A stretch of 64,000 nucleotides of DNA from Candidatus Obscuribacterales bacterium (GTDB lineage: Bacteria; Cyanobacteriota; Vampirovibrionia; Obscuribacterales; Obscuribacteraceae). Where the stretch lies: NCBI GenBank assembly GCA_965228855.1, contig CBDDIJ010000005.1, forward strand, positions 576,001-640,000, written 5' to 3'. The translations under genes and the position numbers were made by a program. Of the stretch, positions 29,290 to 39,148 are shown in pieces. The notes under the pieces are model-generated. The model was not told where the DNA came from and did no database searches. It saw nothing but the letters and a program-made list of their open reading frames with translations. The stretch's first letter is position 1; each line of letters starts with the position of its first letter.

Positions 29290-31359
29290 TCAAAGCACGA
29301 CGATATCACACGTCTTCATCTGCTTCGACAATTCATTTACGATTGGGTAGTTGACTCCCAGACATCGCCGGATGATGACGCGCTGCAGCTCGGGCATCTG
29401 TAAAAGATGCTTCAAACCTGAAGAGGAAACATTCGTCTCTTGCAGCGAGAGTTGTTTTACTTTCACACCATCGAGTGCCGCCAGATGCTCGTCACCGAAA
29501 GCCATACCATCGATTTCTAACCGCTCTAAAGTTTTAAACTCGCGCAAATCCTTAAACGCTCCTGGAAATGCGCATCCCGTGCGAAAAACCATGCGCACAA
29601 GTAACGGCAGATTCTTTACGAGACGCAACTGACCGCCCTGAAGTTTTCCCTCGCCTGAAAACTGAAGCTCTCTCAACGTATCAAGTTTCGAAATTTCGCG
29701 GAACACGTCTGAGCTTAACTGGTTCGGAGACAGGCTTAACATGACGATCCTGTTTTGTTCGTTCAAGACTCGAATGCTACGAGAATCTACTCGTCTGTTC
29801 CTGGAGAAGTCCAAACTGGTCAAAATTTTAAATTGACTGACCGTTTCAAAACTGTCGTTGCCTAGATCACAGGCGGAGACGCTGAGCGTCTCGAGCGGCA
29901 ATGCGCCAAGGTATGCAAGACCTCTTGCGTTCACCCCCTTACAGGCGCTGAACTCGACGCTCTTTAAATTCTTTCGCTCGCTTATAGATTTCAAACAATC
30001 GTCAGAGACCACGCTATCCTTGATAGCGAGCCGTTCTAACGCAGGACTGTTTAAAAATTTGAACCCGCTACCGTCGAGAGTTGCACCGTAAATTCTAAGT
30101 TCGTTCAGATCACGCTCGCCGGCAAGCTCCTTTAAGTCACCATCAGTGATACCATTTTTCGCCTGCACGACGAGCCGACCATAGCTGTAGGTGCGGACAA
30201 ACGTTGGCGCCGGGTTATACTCATCAAGGGTGGGAAGCAATACGTCAGCCTTACGCAGTGCTGGAACTGTTGCAGCAGGTGTTTTTGATAACAGGCGTTC
30301 GAGTTGACTGTAGCCCAACCAGCAGGCAGCGATGAAACAAACCAGTGCCACCATTATTGCGCTGATGACCGGATCGCGGTCATGCTTCCTGGAAGACTCC
30401 TTTGGAATCATCAAGTTATCCAGCGTGATTGAGTACGAGCGATCCAGCACCTTGGTCAAATCAGCTTTCAGGTTGTACATCGATTGATATCGGTCGTCAC
30501 GATTCTTCGCCAAGCATCTAGACAAGAGTGTTTCCACTCTCGAACTGAACGCACGTCCAGGATTGACGGCGGCAAGCGCAGGCGGTTTTTCGCTTGCATG
30601 TTTATTAATGATTTGAAGCGCGCTTTCGCCGTGAAAGGGCGGCTTACCTGTCAACGTTTCAAAAAGAACGCAACCTAACGAATAAACTTCGGACCGCTCG
30701 TCATACATCAAACCGAAACATTGGTCGGGGCTCATGTACTGCGGCGTTCCAACGATTGTCCGCCCCTGCACCTCAAAGGCTTCATCTGCCGTGTGTTGAA
30801 TGGCGGCCACTCCAAAGTCGATCAGTCGCACGTCCGGTTCGCGTGAATCGCTGTTCACAAGAAGGATGTTGGATGTCTTAATGTCTCGGTGAAAAATTCC
30901 GCAGCTGTGAGCGTAGGCAAGAGCATCGGCTAGCGCAACGCCAATTTTGAGCGCGCGCTCGGTATCGAGCGGACCGTTGGTTAGCAGTTCGCGGTCAAGA
31001 CTGACACCTTCCACGTACTCCATCGCCATGTAGACAACGCCGCTTTCAGTAGATCCAAAATCGTAAACCGCGATGATGTTTCTATGATTCAAGCGGCTAG
31101 TCGCGCGTGCCTCTTGTTGGAAGCTGATCAACTCATCATCAGTGACGTTACGCAAAATTTTTACTGCCACTTTCTTGCGATGCAGGCGTCGGTCGTGACA
31201 GAGGTAAATCGTTCCAACAGTTCCTTTTCCGATGATGGCGACCGGCTCATACCTTTCTAATGGAAAATCTGCGGCTGTAAAACTGCCAACGTCACCGCTA
31301 TCCGGCATCGCGGTAGCTTCGTTCGAATTCGAATCGCTATCTGTAACAGGCGTGTCCAT
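29290..31359 (-). CDS. Ser/Thr kinase - TM - leucine-rich repeat receptor-like protein
   Basis: IGKGTVGTIY, VAVK, HRDIKTSN, DFG and GTPQYMSPD; TM ISAIMVALVCFIAACWLGY; about 10 LxxLxL repeats; ATG at 31359 preferred. Confidence 0.9.
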   Translation of the reverse strand: MDTPVTDSDSNSNEATAMPDSGDVGSFTAADFPLERYEPVAIIGKGTVGTIYLCHDRRLHRKKVAVKILRNVTDDELISFQQEARATSRLNHRNIIAVYDFGSTESGVVYMAMEYVEGVSLDRELLTNGPLDTERALKIGVALADALAYAHSCGIFHRDIKTSNILLVNSDSREPDVRLIDFGVAAIQHTADEAFEVQGRTIVGTPQYMSPDQCFGLMYDERSEVYSLGCVLFETLTGKPPFHGESALQIINKHASEKPPALAAVNPGRAFSSRVETLLSRCLAKNRDDRYQSMYNLKADLTKVLDRSYSITLDNLMIPKESSRKHDRDPVISAIMVALVCFIAACWLGYSQLERLLSKTPAATVPALRKADVLLPTLDEYNPAPTFVRTYSYGRLVVQAKNGITDGDLKELAGERDLNELRIYGATLDGSGFKFLNSPALERLAIKDSVVSDDCLKSISERKNLKSVEFSACKGVNARGLAYLGALPLETLSVSACDLGNDSFETVSQFKILTSLDFSRNRRVDSRSIRVLNEQNRIVMLSLSPNQLSSDVFREISKLDTLRELQFSGEGKLQGGQLRLVKNLPLLVRMVFRTGCAFPGAFKDLREFKTLERLEIDGMAFGDEHLAALDGVKVKQLSLQETNVSSSGLKHLLQMPELQRVIIRRCLGVNYPIVNELSKQMKTCDIVVL

Positions 31360-31568
31360 AGGTTCGTTATACCCGGAAGTGCCTACCTGCGGCGTTTTTT
31401 GGAGCACGGACAACAGTTCTGCTCTTTTTAGCGAAAGGATATTGAATGCTCGAAACGCCCGATTCTTCGTGCCCACTCGTATTTTCACCATTCCCCAGGA
31501 GCAATATCCCAACATAGAATAAACCTGCTCAATGCTCAGTAACTAGTTTGAAGAACGAGGAGAACCGA

Positions 31569-33419
31569 ATGGTTCATCATTCCAGCCCCGAGGCTGGGGC
31601 GCTCCGCAACGCCTCTGCCCCCAGCCACCAGATTGAGGCAACAGCAAACCTACAGAGCCACGCGTCAGAGCTTATGAGTGCTCGCACTCTGTACACGCAC
31701 AGCTCGACACCGCGTGCAGAAGTAGTTTCAGGCGGCACCCTGACGGTGCCTCCCCTCGGCGACACAGCCAGCACGACTCGCGGTGACATATACAAGGATG
31801 CGACGGTCACACCGACGCGCGCACCACTCGATGCCACCAAGACTGTCGCCGACATGACGAAAACCGGCGCGATCAAGGACAATACGGCCAATGTCGATCC
31901 GGTAGAGCGTCCGAAGGCCAGCGACGGCACAGCGCCGACGATCAAAGTTCAATTCTCCGACATCACTGCGGCCAATAAGACTCAGCCTGACTTCGTCGTC
32001 AAGCAAGATGGCAGCATTCAGATGAACAACAATCCCGAAAAATCGGGTCAAAAAGATATCGTGATCGAAGTAGAGCGTCAAAACGGTCAACTGATGCCGA
32101 ACGAGACGCAGCAAAAAGCAATCGACGATCTATATAAGTTCTTGGACGCGCGAGTCAAAGCCGACAATCCGGAAGCCGCGAAAGCAGGCGTGAAGATTGA
32201 CGACCCACAGGACCTCGTGTCGAAAGAAACGGAACAAGCAGCAAAGGCTCAAAGTTCCGACTTGCCCAGACAATCTCCCGCGGACCTCGGTCCTGCCGCT
32301 GAAGAGCAAACTCAAAGAATGAACCGCTTCAGAGGAAGCGGCAACGGACAGATGTCGAGGCAGGAAGCTAACGACTACTTCCCGGAAAGAACAGTTCCGC
32401 GCCAGAAAAACGAGAACGATAACATTGCAGCGATGAAAGACACCGTTGCAGGTTTCACCAGCAAAGGTGCGGAGCGCCCCTACGAGCACGTGGTGCATCG
32501 CGGAGAACGCGGATGGGGCGTAGGTCGCTACGGTATGACTTACGACAATTTCGCAAACTGGCTCTCCAACCTGGACATCGATGGTCTTGAGGAGTTGGAA
32601 AGACAGGGCAAAGTACCGAAAGGTACAGCCGCCAAGATGAAAGCCATGAAGGCCTCTGTCGCGAAAGCTAAAGAGTCCGGAAAAGATTCAGATCTCGATC
32701 CGTTCCTTCAGAAGATGAAGGCAGGAGATCCAAACAATCCACTGACTGCCAAGGATATCAACGACAACTTCGGCAAAGAAGTGCAAGAATTGGCAGCGAC
32801 TCACCAGATCGGCCGATTCACCGAAGAAATGGGTCGCGAGAAACAGAGCGTCAGCCCTGGCGAACTGGCCCTCGCATTCATGACAGGCAAAGCTCCGACA
32901 GCCGAAGATCTGGCCAAGCCGGAGAACAAGCGATTCGTCGAAGCAGCTAACCAGTCCTATCAAATCGCTTTAGGTCGGTATGAAACTCCAGGCGACGGTC
33001 CGGTTAAATTCGCCGATGCAAGCAATATGTCACAAGCCATGCAGAACGCAGTTGGTAAGCAGCTGTGGCGTGGATATGACGGCGCCACCGAGCAAGGGAA
33101 CCTGGGATGCGCGATTACTGTTTCACGAATTCTGCGCGCTGGTGGTATCGAAGTTGGTGACCAACTTTCGGTCAACGGTCTGGCAGCGAAGATGAGAGAA
33201 ATGGGCGCCCAGAAAGTATCGCTCGAAGAAGCTATGCGAAGCGGCGAACACTACGTCATCATCAAGAAGCAAGGTGGAAGCCACACCGGTATCGGACTTG
33301 GCAGAACGGTCGTCGAAAACAGCTCCGGTCAACGAAGAACTGTCGAGCGCGACATTTCGCAATCCAGTTTGCGGTCCGGAAGCTACGCCTTCATCCTTCC
33401 AACGAAAAACAACGGATAA
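31569..33419 (+). CDS. Multidomain putative peptidoglycan-active protein with C-terminal NlpC/P60/CHAP-like Cys-His domain
   Basis: GAGGAG RBS before the ATG at 31569; C-terminal GNLGCAITVS...GSHTGIG...VENSS; upstream amidase_2-like and lysozyme-like remnants. Confidence 0.6.
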   Translation: MVHHSSPEAGALRNASAPSHQIEATANLQSHASELMSARTLYTHSSTPRAEVVSGGTLTVPPLGDTASTTRGDIYKDATVTPTRAPLDATKTVADMTKTGAIKDNTANVDPVERPKASDGTAPTIKVQFSDITAANKTQPDFVVKQDGSIQMNNNPEKSGQKDIVIEVERQNGQLMPNETQQKAIDDLYKFLDARVKADNPEAAKAGVKIDDPQDLVSKETEQAAKAQSSDLPRQSPADLGPAAEEQTQRMNRFRGSGNGQMSRQEANDYFPERTVPRQKNENDNIAAMKDTVAGFTSKGAERPYEHVVHRGERGWGVGRYGMTYDNFANWLSNLDIDGLEELERQGKVPKGTAAKMKAMKASVAKAKESGKDSDLDPFLQKMKAGDPNNPLTAKDINDNFGKEVQELAATHQIGRFTEEMGREKQSVSPGELALAFMTGKAPTAEDLAKPENKRFVEAANQSYQIALGRYETPGDGPVKFADASNMSQAMQNAVGKQLWRGYDGATEQGNLGCAITVSRILRAGGIEVGDQLSVNGLAAKMREMGAQKVSLEEAMRSGEHYVIIKKQGGSHTGIGLGRTVVENSSGQRRTVERDISQSSLRSGSYAFILPTKNNG

Positions 33420-33962
33420 AGTCTTGAGCACGGATGTGGCCTCTAGAATCAGCACTGAATACGGTGACTGTATAAAAGGGCATCTCATCCCCAGGTTCAT
33501 CCCTGTAGTCGGCTGCATTTGTATTGCGGCCGACTCACTGCTTTAAGATGGCTCTCTAGTCCATGTCAATTCAGGGTAGAAAACTGCGACACGTTCCGGT
33601 CGCTCAGACACGTCGGAATTTTTCTGACAACGAATTTTGAATATAAGAGGAACGAACCAAACGCAGCAATTGGCATGCGACTCGTTGCCTGATAAAAACA
33701 ATATGATGCCAAGAGATTGATTTCGCAAATTGTTCGTGGCATCATTGCAAAGCTGAAAGACGACCAATCCGGTCAACTTTGTCAGATTGAGACAAAAGAC
33801 CCAGTGGTTGCCACTTTCTAGACAGCAGGACTTTCAAATGATCACGAGTCAGCCCCGCGCTTGACAAGACGCTTAAAACATTCCAGTGCACCGTATGCGG
33901 TGCTAAGAGAAGGTGCTTCGCATCAACGTGAACATCGAAATCGTTACTAAGGAGGCCGTTAA

Positions 33963-35174
33963 ATGACTTCTATCTATCTCGACAACAGTGCCACCACTAA
34001 GGTCAGAGAAGAAGTAATCGCAGCAATGCTCCCCTACTTGTCGGAGCACTGCGGCAATCCATCTTCGATCCACGGGGCTGGACGTCGGGCTCGGCAAGCC
34101 GTAGAGCGCGCTCGCGCGCAAGTAGCACAGCTTATTAATGCTAAGCCGTCCGAGATCTATTTTTCGTCAGGTGGAACCATGAGCAACAACACCGCGATTC
34201 TCGGACGCGCAGATTTCGTCGAGCAGCGCAACCTTGGTAAACACTTGATCACCATTTCAATCGAGCATTCATCTTCGTTGAGCCCTGCTAAACAGCTTCG
34301 CCAGCGCGGTTGGGAAGTCACCATCCTCGGTGTCAATCAAGATGGCATCGTTGATCTCAAGGAACTAACGAAATCAATCCGACCAGACACGAGTATCATT
34401 TCTATTATGTGGGCGAACAACGAGATAGGCTCGTTGCAACCAGTGGAACAGATTGCCGAGATCGCCAGGGCTCGAAACATCCACTTCCATTGCGATGCTG
34501 TTCAAGCAGCAGGACGAATTCCGATCGACGTAAAAAAAGTTCAAGTCGACACGCTCTCATTGTCAGGACACAAGTTTTACGCGCCTAAGGGAATAGGCGT
34601 GCTGTACGTCCGCGATGGTGTACGCGTTAACCCGCTCTTGCATGGCGGAGGACAGGAACGCGGACTATTTCCGGGAACCGAATCTGTGGCGAACATCGTC
34701 GGCATCGGCGAGGCGGCTTATCAAATCTCGAAAGAACTTCAAGTCAATGCCAGCCATCTTCGCGACCTACAGAAACTTCTGGCTCAAAGACTGACTCGAT
34801 ATGGCAGCGTGCGTATCACAGGACCACGCGACCTGTACAATCGTCTACCGGGTCACCTCAGCATAGTCATCACAGGCGCTCGCGGCGCAGAGCTCGTTGA
34901 AGAAGCGAGCACTCGAGACGTGTTTATATCAAGCGTATCGGCTTGCTCCAGCGGAGGCGGCTCTCCATCTCATGTACTGAAGGCAATCGGACTGGATGAC
35001 GACGAAGCCCTGGGTGCTCTGCGCATCTCCGCCGGCCGCTTCAACACCGAATCAGACGTCAGAAGCGCGGCCGACACCATAGCCGAGTTGATCTCAGCGA
35101 GGGCCATCAACCCTGGCACCGCTCTCCATCACATCGGTCACCAGCAGCTAAATTCGGTCGCCAGCTTCCAATGA
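33963..35174 (+). CDS. Cysteine desulfurase (IscS/NifS group I)
   Basis: IYLDNSATT, GNPSSIH, WANNEIG, SGHKFYAPKG (PLP Lys) and SACSS (catalytic Cys); AAGGAGG RBS. Confidence 0.93.
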   Translation: MTSIYLDNSATTKVREEVIAAMLPYLSEHCGNPSSIHGAGRRARQAVERARAQVAQLINAKPSEIYFSSGGTMSNNTAILGRADFVEQRNLGKHLITISIEHSSSLSPAKQLRQRGWEVTILGVNQDGIVDLKELTKSIRPDTSIISIMWANNEIGSLQPVEQIAEIARARNIHFHCDAVQAAGRIPIDVKKVQVDTLSLSGHKFYAPKGIGVLYVRDGVRVNPLLHGGGQERGLFPGTESVANIVGIGEAAYQISKELQVNASHLRDLQKLLAQRLTRYGSVRITGPRDLYNRLPGHLSIVITGARGAELVEEASTRDVFISSVSACSSGGGSPSHVLKAIGLDDDEALGALRISAGRFNTESDVRSAADTIAELISARAINPGTALHHIGHQQLNSVASFQ

Positions 35175-35225
35175 AGCAGTTGAAGTCCTTTCACAAAAAA
35201 GTTTTTCTCACGCAGTAAACCGAAG

Positions 35226-35251
35226 AAAGGAGGATTCGTCCTCCTTTTTTT
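35226..35251. terminator. Intrinsic terminator between convergent genes
   Basis: AAAGGAGGA-TTCG-TCCTCCTTT followed by a T run. Confidence 0.8.
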
Positions 35252-35259
35252 CGTGATGG

Positions 35260-36315
35260 CTATTTCGACATCGGAATGGATAAAGTAAACTCGCTACCGA
35301 CGTTTTGCTCCGTGACAAAAGTCAAATCACCACCGATAGTGGCAGCCAGCTCCTTCGATAGATATAAACCAAGTCCCGTACCGGTCCCGCTTTCTCGGCT
35401 CTTATGAGTCTGCCAGAATCGCCTGAAAATTCCTTCTTTCTGCTCCTCTGTCATACCAGGTCCGGAGTCTCGAACCGAGATCAGCAGCATGTTTTCCTCC
35501 ACCCAGGCTCGCACGACGACTAGACCTTCGACTTTGGTAAACTTGAAGGCGTTACTGAGCAAGTTTGTCAAAATTCGTTTGATAATCAAACCATCGCCTC
35601 TGATCTGATTTACGTTCGCGTCAATTTCCTTACGAAATTCAAGCTTTTTATCAACGATAGTGAAACTAAACTGCTCGCAACTCTGGTTGATCAGAGCAGG
35701 AACATCCAAAAGTTCCTGAATCGGGACTAGACTTCCAGCGTCAAAACGATAGACGTCCAGCAGATTGAAAATCATACGGACCATCTCTCTATTAGAATCG
35801 AGCAGCTGGTTGATGATGAGCTGTTGCTGCTCAGCCGGCACTTGGCCACTGGCAAGGTATTCAAGGACCCTCGTTGCGCCCAATAGAGGACTTTTCAAAT
35901 CATGGGTTATGGCAGCGACAAAGTCCTCGCGCTGACGCATCAACACCTCTAGTTCGCGGTTTTTCCGTTCTAGTTCCTCGGTTCGCTTCGCCAACGATAC
36001 ATCGCTAGCGCGTAGAGCTTTGTTTTTCTGAACGACATCCAGGGCGGAAATGGCAAGTTGAGCTGCCTGTTGGGCCAACTCTAGCTCCTTTGACTCCAAA
36101 AGCGCGGAGCTGACGGACAAATCGGCGTCGGATTTTTCCATAAGCCGGGTATTTGCTACCAACGCCTTTTCAGTGGCCACCAAGCGCTCGTCACTTTTGA
36201 CAAGCTTCAACTTCATCTCATCGCGCTCACGCGTCCTTTCGGACAGTCGCTTTTGAGAATGGGCTAGGTCTAGCTTTAGTTGGCGCTCATTATCCGACAC
36301 GGATAACACCAGCAT
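35260..36315 (-). CDS. Soluble histidine kinase (coiled coil - HisKA - HATPase_c)
   Basis: H-box THDLKSPL, N-box NLLSNAFKFT, G1 DSGPG, F-box IFRRF and G2 GTGLGL; about 125-aa N-terminal coiled coil; no TM helix. Confidence 0.93.
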   Translation of the reverse strand: MLVLSVSDNERQLKLDLAHSQKRLSERTRERDEMKLKLVKSDERLVATEKALVANTRLMEKSDADLSVSSALLESKELELAQQAAQLAISALDVVQKNKALRASDVSLAKRTEELERKNRELEVLMRQREDFVAAITHDLKSPLLGATRVLEYLASGQVPAEQQQLIINQLLDSNREMVRMIFNLLDVYRFDAGSLVPIQELLDVPALINQSCEQFSFTIVDKKLEFRKEIDANVNQIRGDGLIIKRILTNLLSNAFKFTKVEGLVVVRAWVEENMLLISVRDSGPGMTEEQKEGIFRRFWQTHKSRESGTGTGLGLYLSKELAATIGGDLTFVTEQNVGSEFTLSIPMSK

Positions 36316-36465
36316 GGCTGAATTTTAGGTTCATGCTGCCCTCCAGGTAGGCAAACAAAAAGGTAAAAATTCGCAAAAGAATATTCACGAAATGCTCGGA
36401 CTGAACTATCTTATTTTCGAATCAAATCTCCGCTATTAAAGGGGTGGAAGTCATAGGGTTTGGTC

Positions 36466-36627
36466 ATGGTAGAAGAAGCTAAAGTTCAACTGAAAAAACT
36501 TGAAGAAGCCAGAGCGAATTTGGCGCGTCAGATTGAAAACTCCATAGCAGCGTTGGCTGAACTCGATGACAAAATCAGTCAGCTGAAAATCGACATTGCG
36601 CAACTGGAAAAGTCGGCTGTCGACTAG
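36466..36627 (+). CDS. 53-aa coiled-coil protein (below ORF-track cutoff)
   Basis: MVEEAKVQLKKLEEARANLARQIENSIAALAELDDKISQLKIDIAQLEKSAVD; clean heptad pattern; fills the gap between the His kinase and the REC-kinase genes. Confidence 0.65.
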   Translation: MVEEAKVQLKKLEEARANLARQIENSIAALAELDDKISQLKIDIAQLEKSAVD

Positions 36628-36659
36628 GGTTGAAGCTAACCGTAAAGTGAATAGATTCA

Positions 36660-38135
36660 CTAATTAATCCTCAGTTTATCTAGTGTATTTGCCAACTCCT
36701 CGGCGCTTTGGAAACGGTCTTTAGGCTCCTTAGCCAGACACTTTTCGATTATTTTCTCAAGCTCCGGCGATAGCCCATGTTTTACATTCATCCACTCTCG
36801 CAGACTGGGTACTGGAGAGCGTGAGTGCATCGACATCGTCTCGAAATAACTCTCTCCCACAAATGGAGGGCATCCGCATAAGACTTCGAACATGACGCAC
36901 CCCATGGAATATATGTCGGACAAGGGCGTCACATCCTCACCCCGACATTGCTCAGGGCTCATATAAAGTGGGCTTCCCAACACCTCCCCTTGTAATGTCA
37001 ACCGATCCGAATTTTCCAGAGCCATGCACTTCGATACGCCGAAATCCACGATCTTTGGAAGAATAGTTGTTTCGTCCTCGCAAAACAGAATTATGTTGCT
37101 TGGTTTTATGTCCCTGTGCACAACACCTGCGCGATGTAGGTGCTCAAGGGCATCTGAACATTGAACAAAAATTGGAACCGCTTCTTTTTGGACGATAGCG
37201 CCACCGCACTCAATCACGTTTAACAAAGACGGGCCGTCGACAAGCTCCATAACCAGGTAAGCTGTTCGATCCCGATCTAGAAGGAAATCAAAAACTTTTA
37301 CGACCGAGCGATGAGACAGCTTCGTCATGATGCTGGCTTCTTGCACGAACCGCTGCCAAGCCGACGTCGTTGTCGGTTTAAACATTTTAACTGCCACCAG
37401 GGTGTCGGTGCTCTTACTACGCGCTTTGAAAACCGTACCCATTCCGCCCTTGCCCAGTATCTCAATGAATTCGAATCTCTCGGATGCTTCTGTCGTGTTT
37501 AAATCTTCCTTCTCGCGAGAATTCAATTCTCCATCGCTCAAAGTGGCAATTTTATTCAGGATGTTGATGACACTAAGTTTGGTATTAACCGACATTTTGT
37601 CACTTGCCTCGCCGTGGACAAGTTGGCTCAAGACCTCTGCGTCCCGGGAATTCAAACGAGTGCCGTTGTACATCTGGGCTGTAGCTCGCAGGTCGGGCAT
37701 CGCATCTTTGGAGGTGAGGAATCTCAACATATCGGCCGCGATTCGTGAGTCGATTGAGATCCCGCCGTCGTTTGCGTTTTTAATAAAATCGACGAGAGTA
37801 CCCGGTTCCACATCCTTCAAGCAGTAGCCGCTTGCTCCAATTGAGAAGGCGGAGAAAACATCATCTATTGACTCGTTGTTAGTAAGAAAAATGATTTTCG
37901 CGTTCTTATCCACCGAACGAATTTGCCTGGAGGCCTCGAGCCCGCCCATCACCGGCATTCGAATATCCATAAGAACCACATCAGGCTTGCTTTCAACGTA
38001 TTTTCTAATAGCCTGCTCGCCGTTTTCTGCAACGGAGCTTATCGTGATTTGCGCGTTTGAAACCTGCTGCACTGCCAGTTCAATGCCCATACGGATGAGC
38101 GCTTGATCTTCGACAAGCATGACATTCAAGGGCAT
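36660..38135 (-). CDS. Response-regulator receiver - Ser/Thr kinase fusion
   Basis: REC motifs LVEDQ, DVVLMDIRMP, FLT and YCLK; kinase motifs LGKGGMGTV, VAVK, HRDIKPSN, DFG and GSPLYMSPEQ; no TM helix. Confidence 0.92.
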   Translation of the reverse strand: MPLNVMLVEDQALIRMGIELAVQQVSNAQITISSVAENGEQAIRKYVESKPDVVLMDIRMPVMGGLEASRQIRSVDKNAKIIFLTNNESIDDVFSAFSIGASGYCLKDVEPGTLVDFIKNANDGGISIDSRIAADMLRFLTSKDAMPDLRATAQMYNGTRLNSRDAEVLSQLVHGEASDKMSVNTKLSVINILNKIATLSDGELNSREKEDLNTTEASERFEFIEILGKGGMGTVFKARSKSTDTLVAVKMFKPTTTSAWQRFVQEASIMTKLSHRSVVKVFDFLLDRDRTAYLVMELVDGPSLLNVIECGGAIVQKEAVPIFVQCSDALEHLHRAGVVHRDIKPSNIILFCEDETTILPKIVDFGVSKCMALENSDRLTLQGEVLGSPLYMSPEQCRGEDVTPLSDIYSMGCVMFEVLCGCPPFVGESYFETMSMHSRSPVPSLREWMNVKHGLSPELEKIIEKCLAKEPKDRFQSAEELANTLDKLRIN

Positions 38136-38579
38136 AGCGCACCATTTTTAGACAATTTCGGCGTTGCAACTTACTAATCGAACGCCTCGAACCCGCCGCG
38201 TCAACATATACAAATAGCTGTATCAGATCTGGAAATAAACAACAATCACCTATTAGAGCTACTGAGACTGAAGTAAGTTTGCAAAGTCGCCACCGCAGAC
38301 TCTTTTTGCTTTCATAAAATTTTCGGCACCGTCCGAATCCTCAAAGCCTTACCTTTCATGGTTTACCGGGAGCGTGACTTGAAAGAAAGCGAGAGAGTCC
38401 TGACCTGAAGAGCGCCGACACCGTTTCATACACGTTTTCGCTAAGGGATATTCGCGAATTCACAGTTTTGAGCATCGAAACTAAGATGGTATTACTGCAC
38501 TGGAACAAACCTTTCTCAAGCGCTCCTGATTGTCCCTCCGATCCGGCAAACACCGAATCGTTTCTCTGGCACGTCTACA

Positions 38580-38957
38580 ATGCTAAATCTCACTACACGC
38601 GAATTTTTCTTTCACACAGCCGCTTTGCGCAACGCCGCAGCAGAGGGCGCACTGGTCATCGCTTGCGACCCTTTTCAATCTCAAGTACATGACAAACTAG
38701 ACGAACTCTTCGGCGCTCAAGCATCTCAATGCGACACGGTGGTTTTGAAACGCTCAGCGGCACCGAAGAGCAAAACCGACAAAGTGCTCGCGCAAAAACC
38801 TGCCCGCAGACGAATAAGCTCCACGACCGCCGCTGGCAGAAAGCGCCGAATGGAACTTGAGGACACGCTGCAAATGCGCTTGAACAAAAAGACGTCTTTC
38901 AATTTCTTGGAGGCGTTTGAGAACTTCACATCATTCTTCGCAAGAAAAGGTCACTAA
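38580..38957 (+). CDS. Hypothetical basic protein
   Basis: 125-aa ORF followed immediately by two strong hairpins; no recognised motif. Confidence 0.5.
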   Translation: MLNLTTREFFFHTAALRNAAAEGALVIACDPFQSQVHDKLDELFGAQASQCDTVVLKRSAAPKSKTDKVLAQKPARRRISSTTAAGRKRRMELEDTLQMRLNKKTSFNFLEAFENFTSFFARKGH

Positions 38958-39028
38958 CAACTTCGAACGAGCGGGTTCGAAGTTGGAAGGTTTAAGCCGG
39001 TGGACATGAGCCACCGGCTTATATTTTG
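38958..39028. terminator. Tandem hairpins, probable terminator
   Basis: CAACTTCGAAC...GTTCGAAGTTG (38958-38985) and TAAGCCGGTGG...CCACCGGCTTA (38993-39021), followed by TATTTT. Confidence 0.6.
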
Positions 39029-39148
39029 AGTAGCTAGAACGCCACGTAAATAAACGGTCGCACCGGTAACGTCAGTCTGTAAATTACATAGTGAAAGAAC
39101 ACGCCAACAAAGAGACCGACGATTAGTGACATCAAAACTCTGTTTCTG

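Noticed and set aside
36345..36385. GGCAAAC...CGCAAAA resembling a c-di-GMP-I riboswitch
   Set aside because: No pairing stems or GNRA/receptor elements are evident.
38389..38570. GCGAGAGAG...CGCCGA resembling a glycine riboswitch
   Set aside because: The CCGAAG continuation and the CUYUCAGG 3' strand are missing, and the downstream gene has no evident link to glycine.
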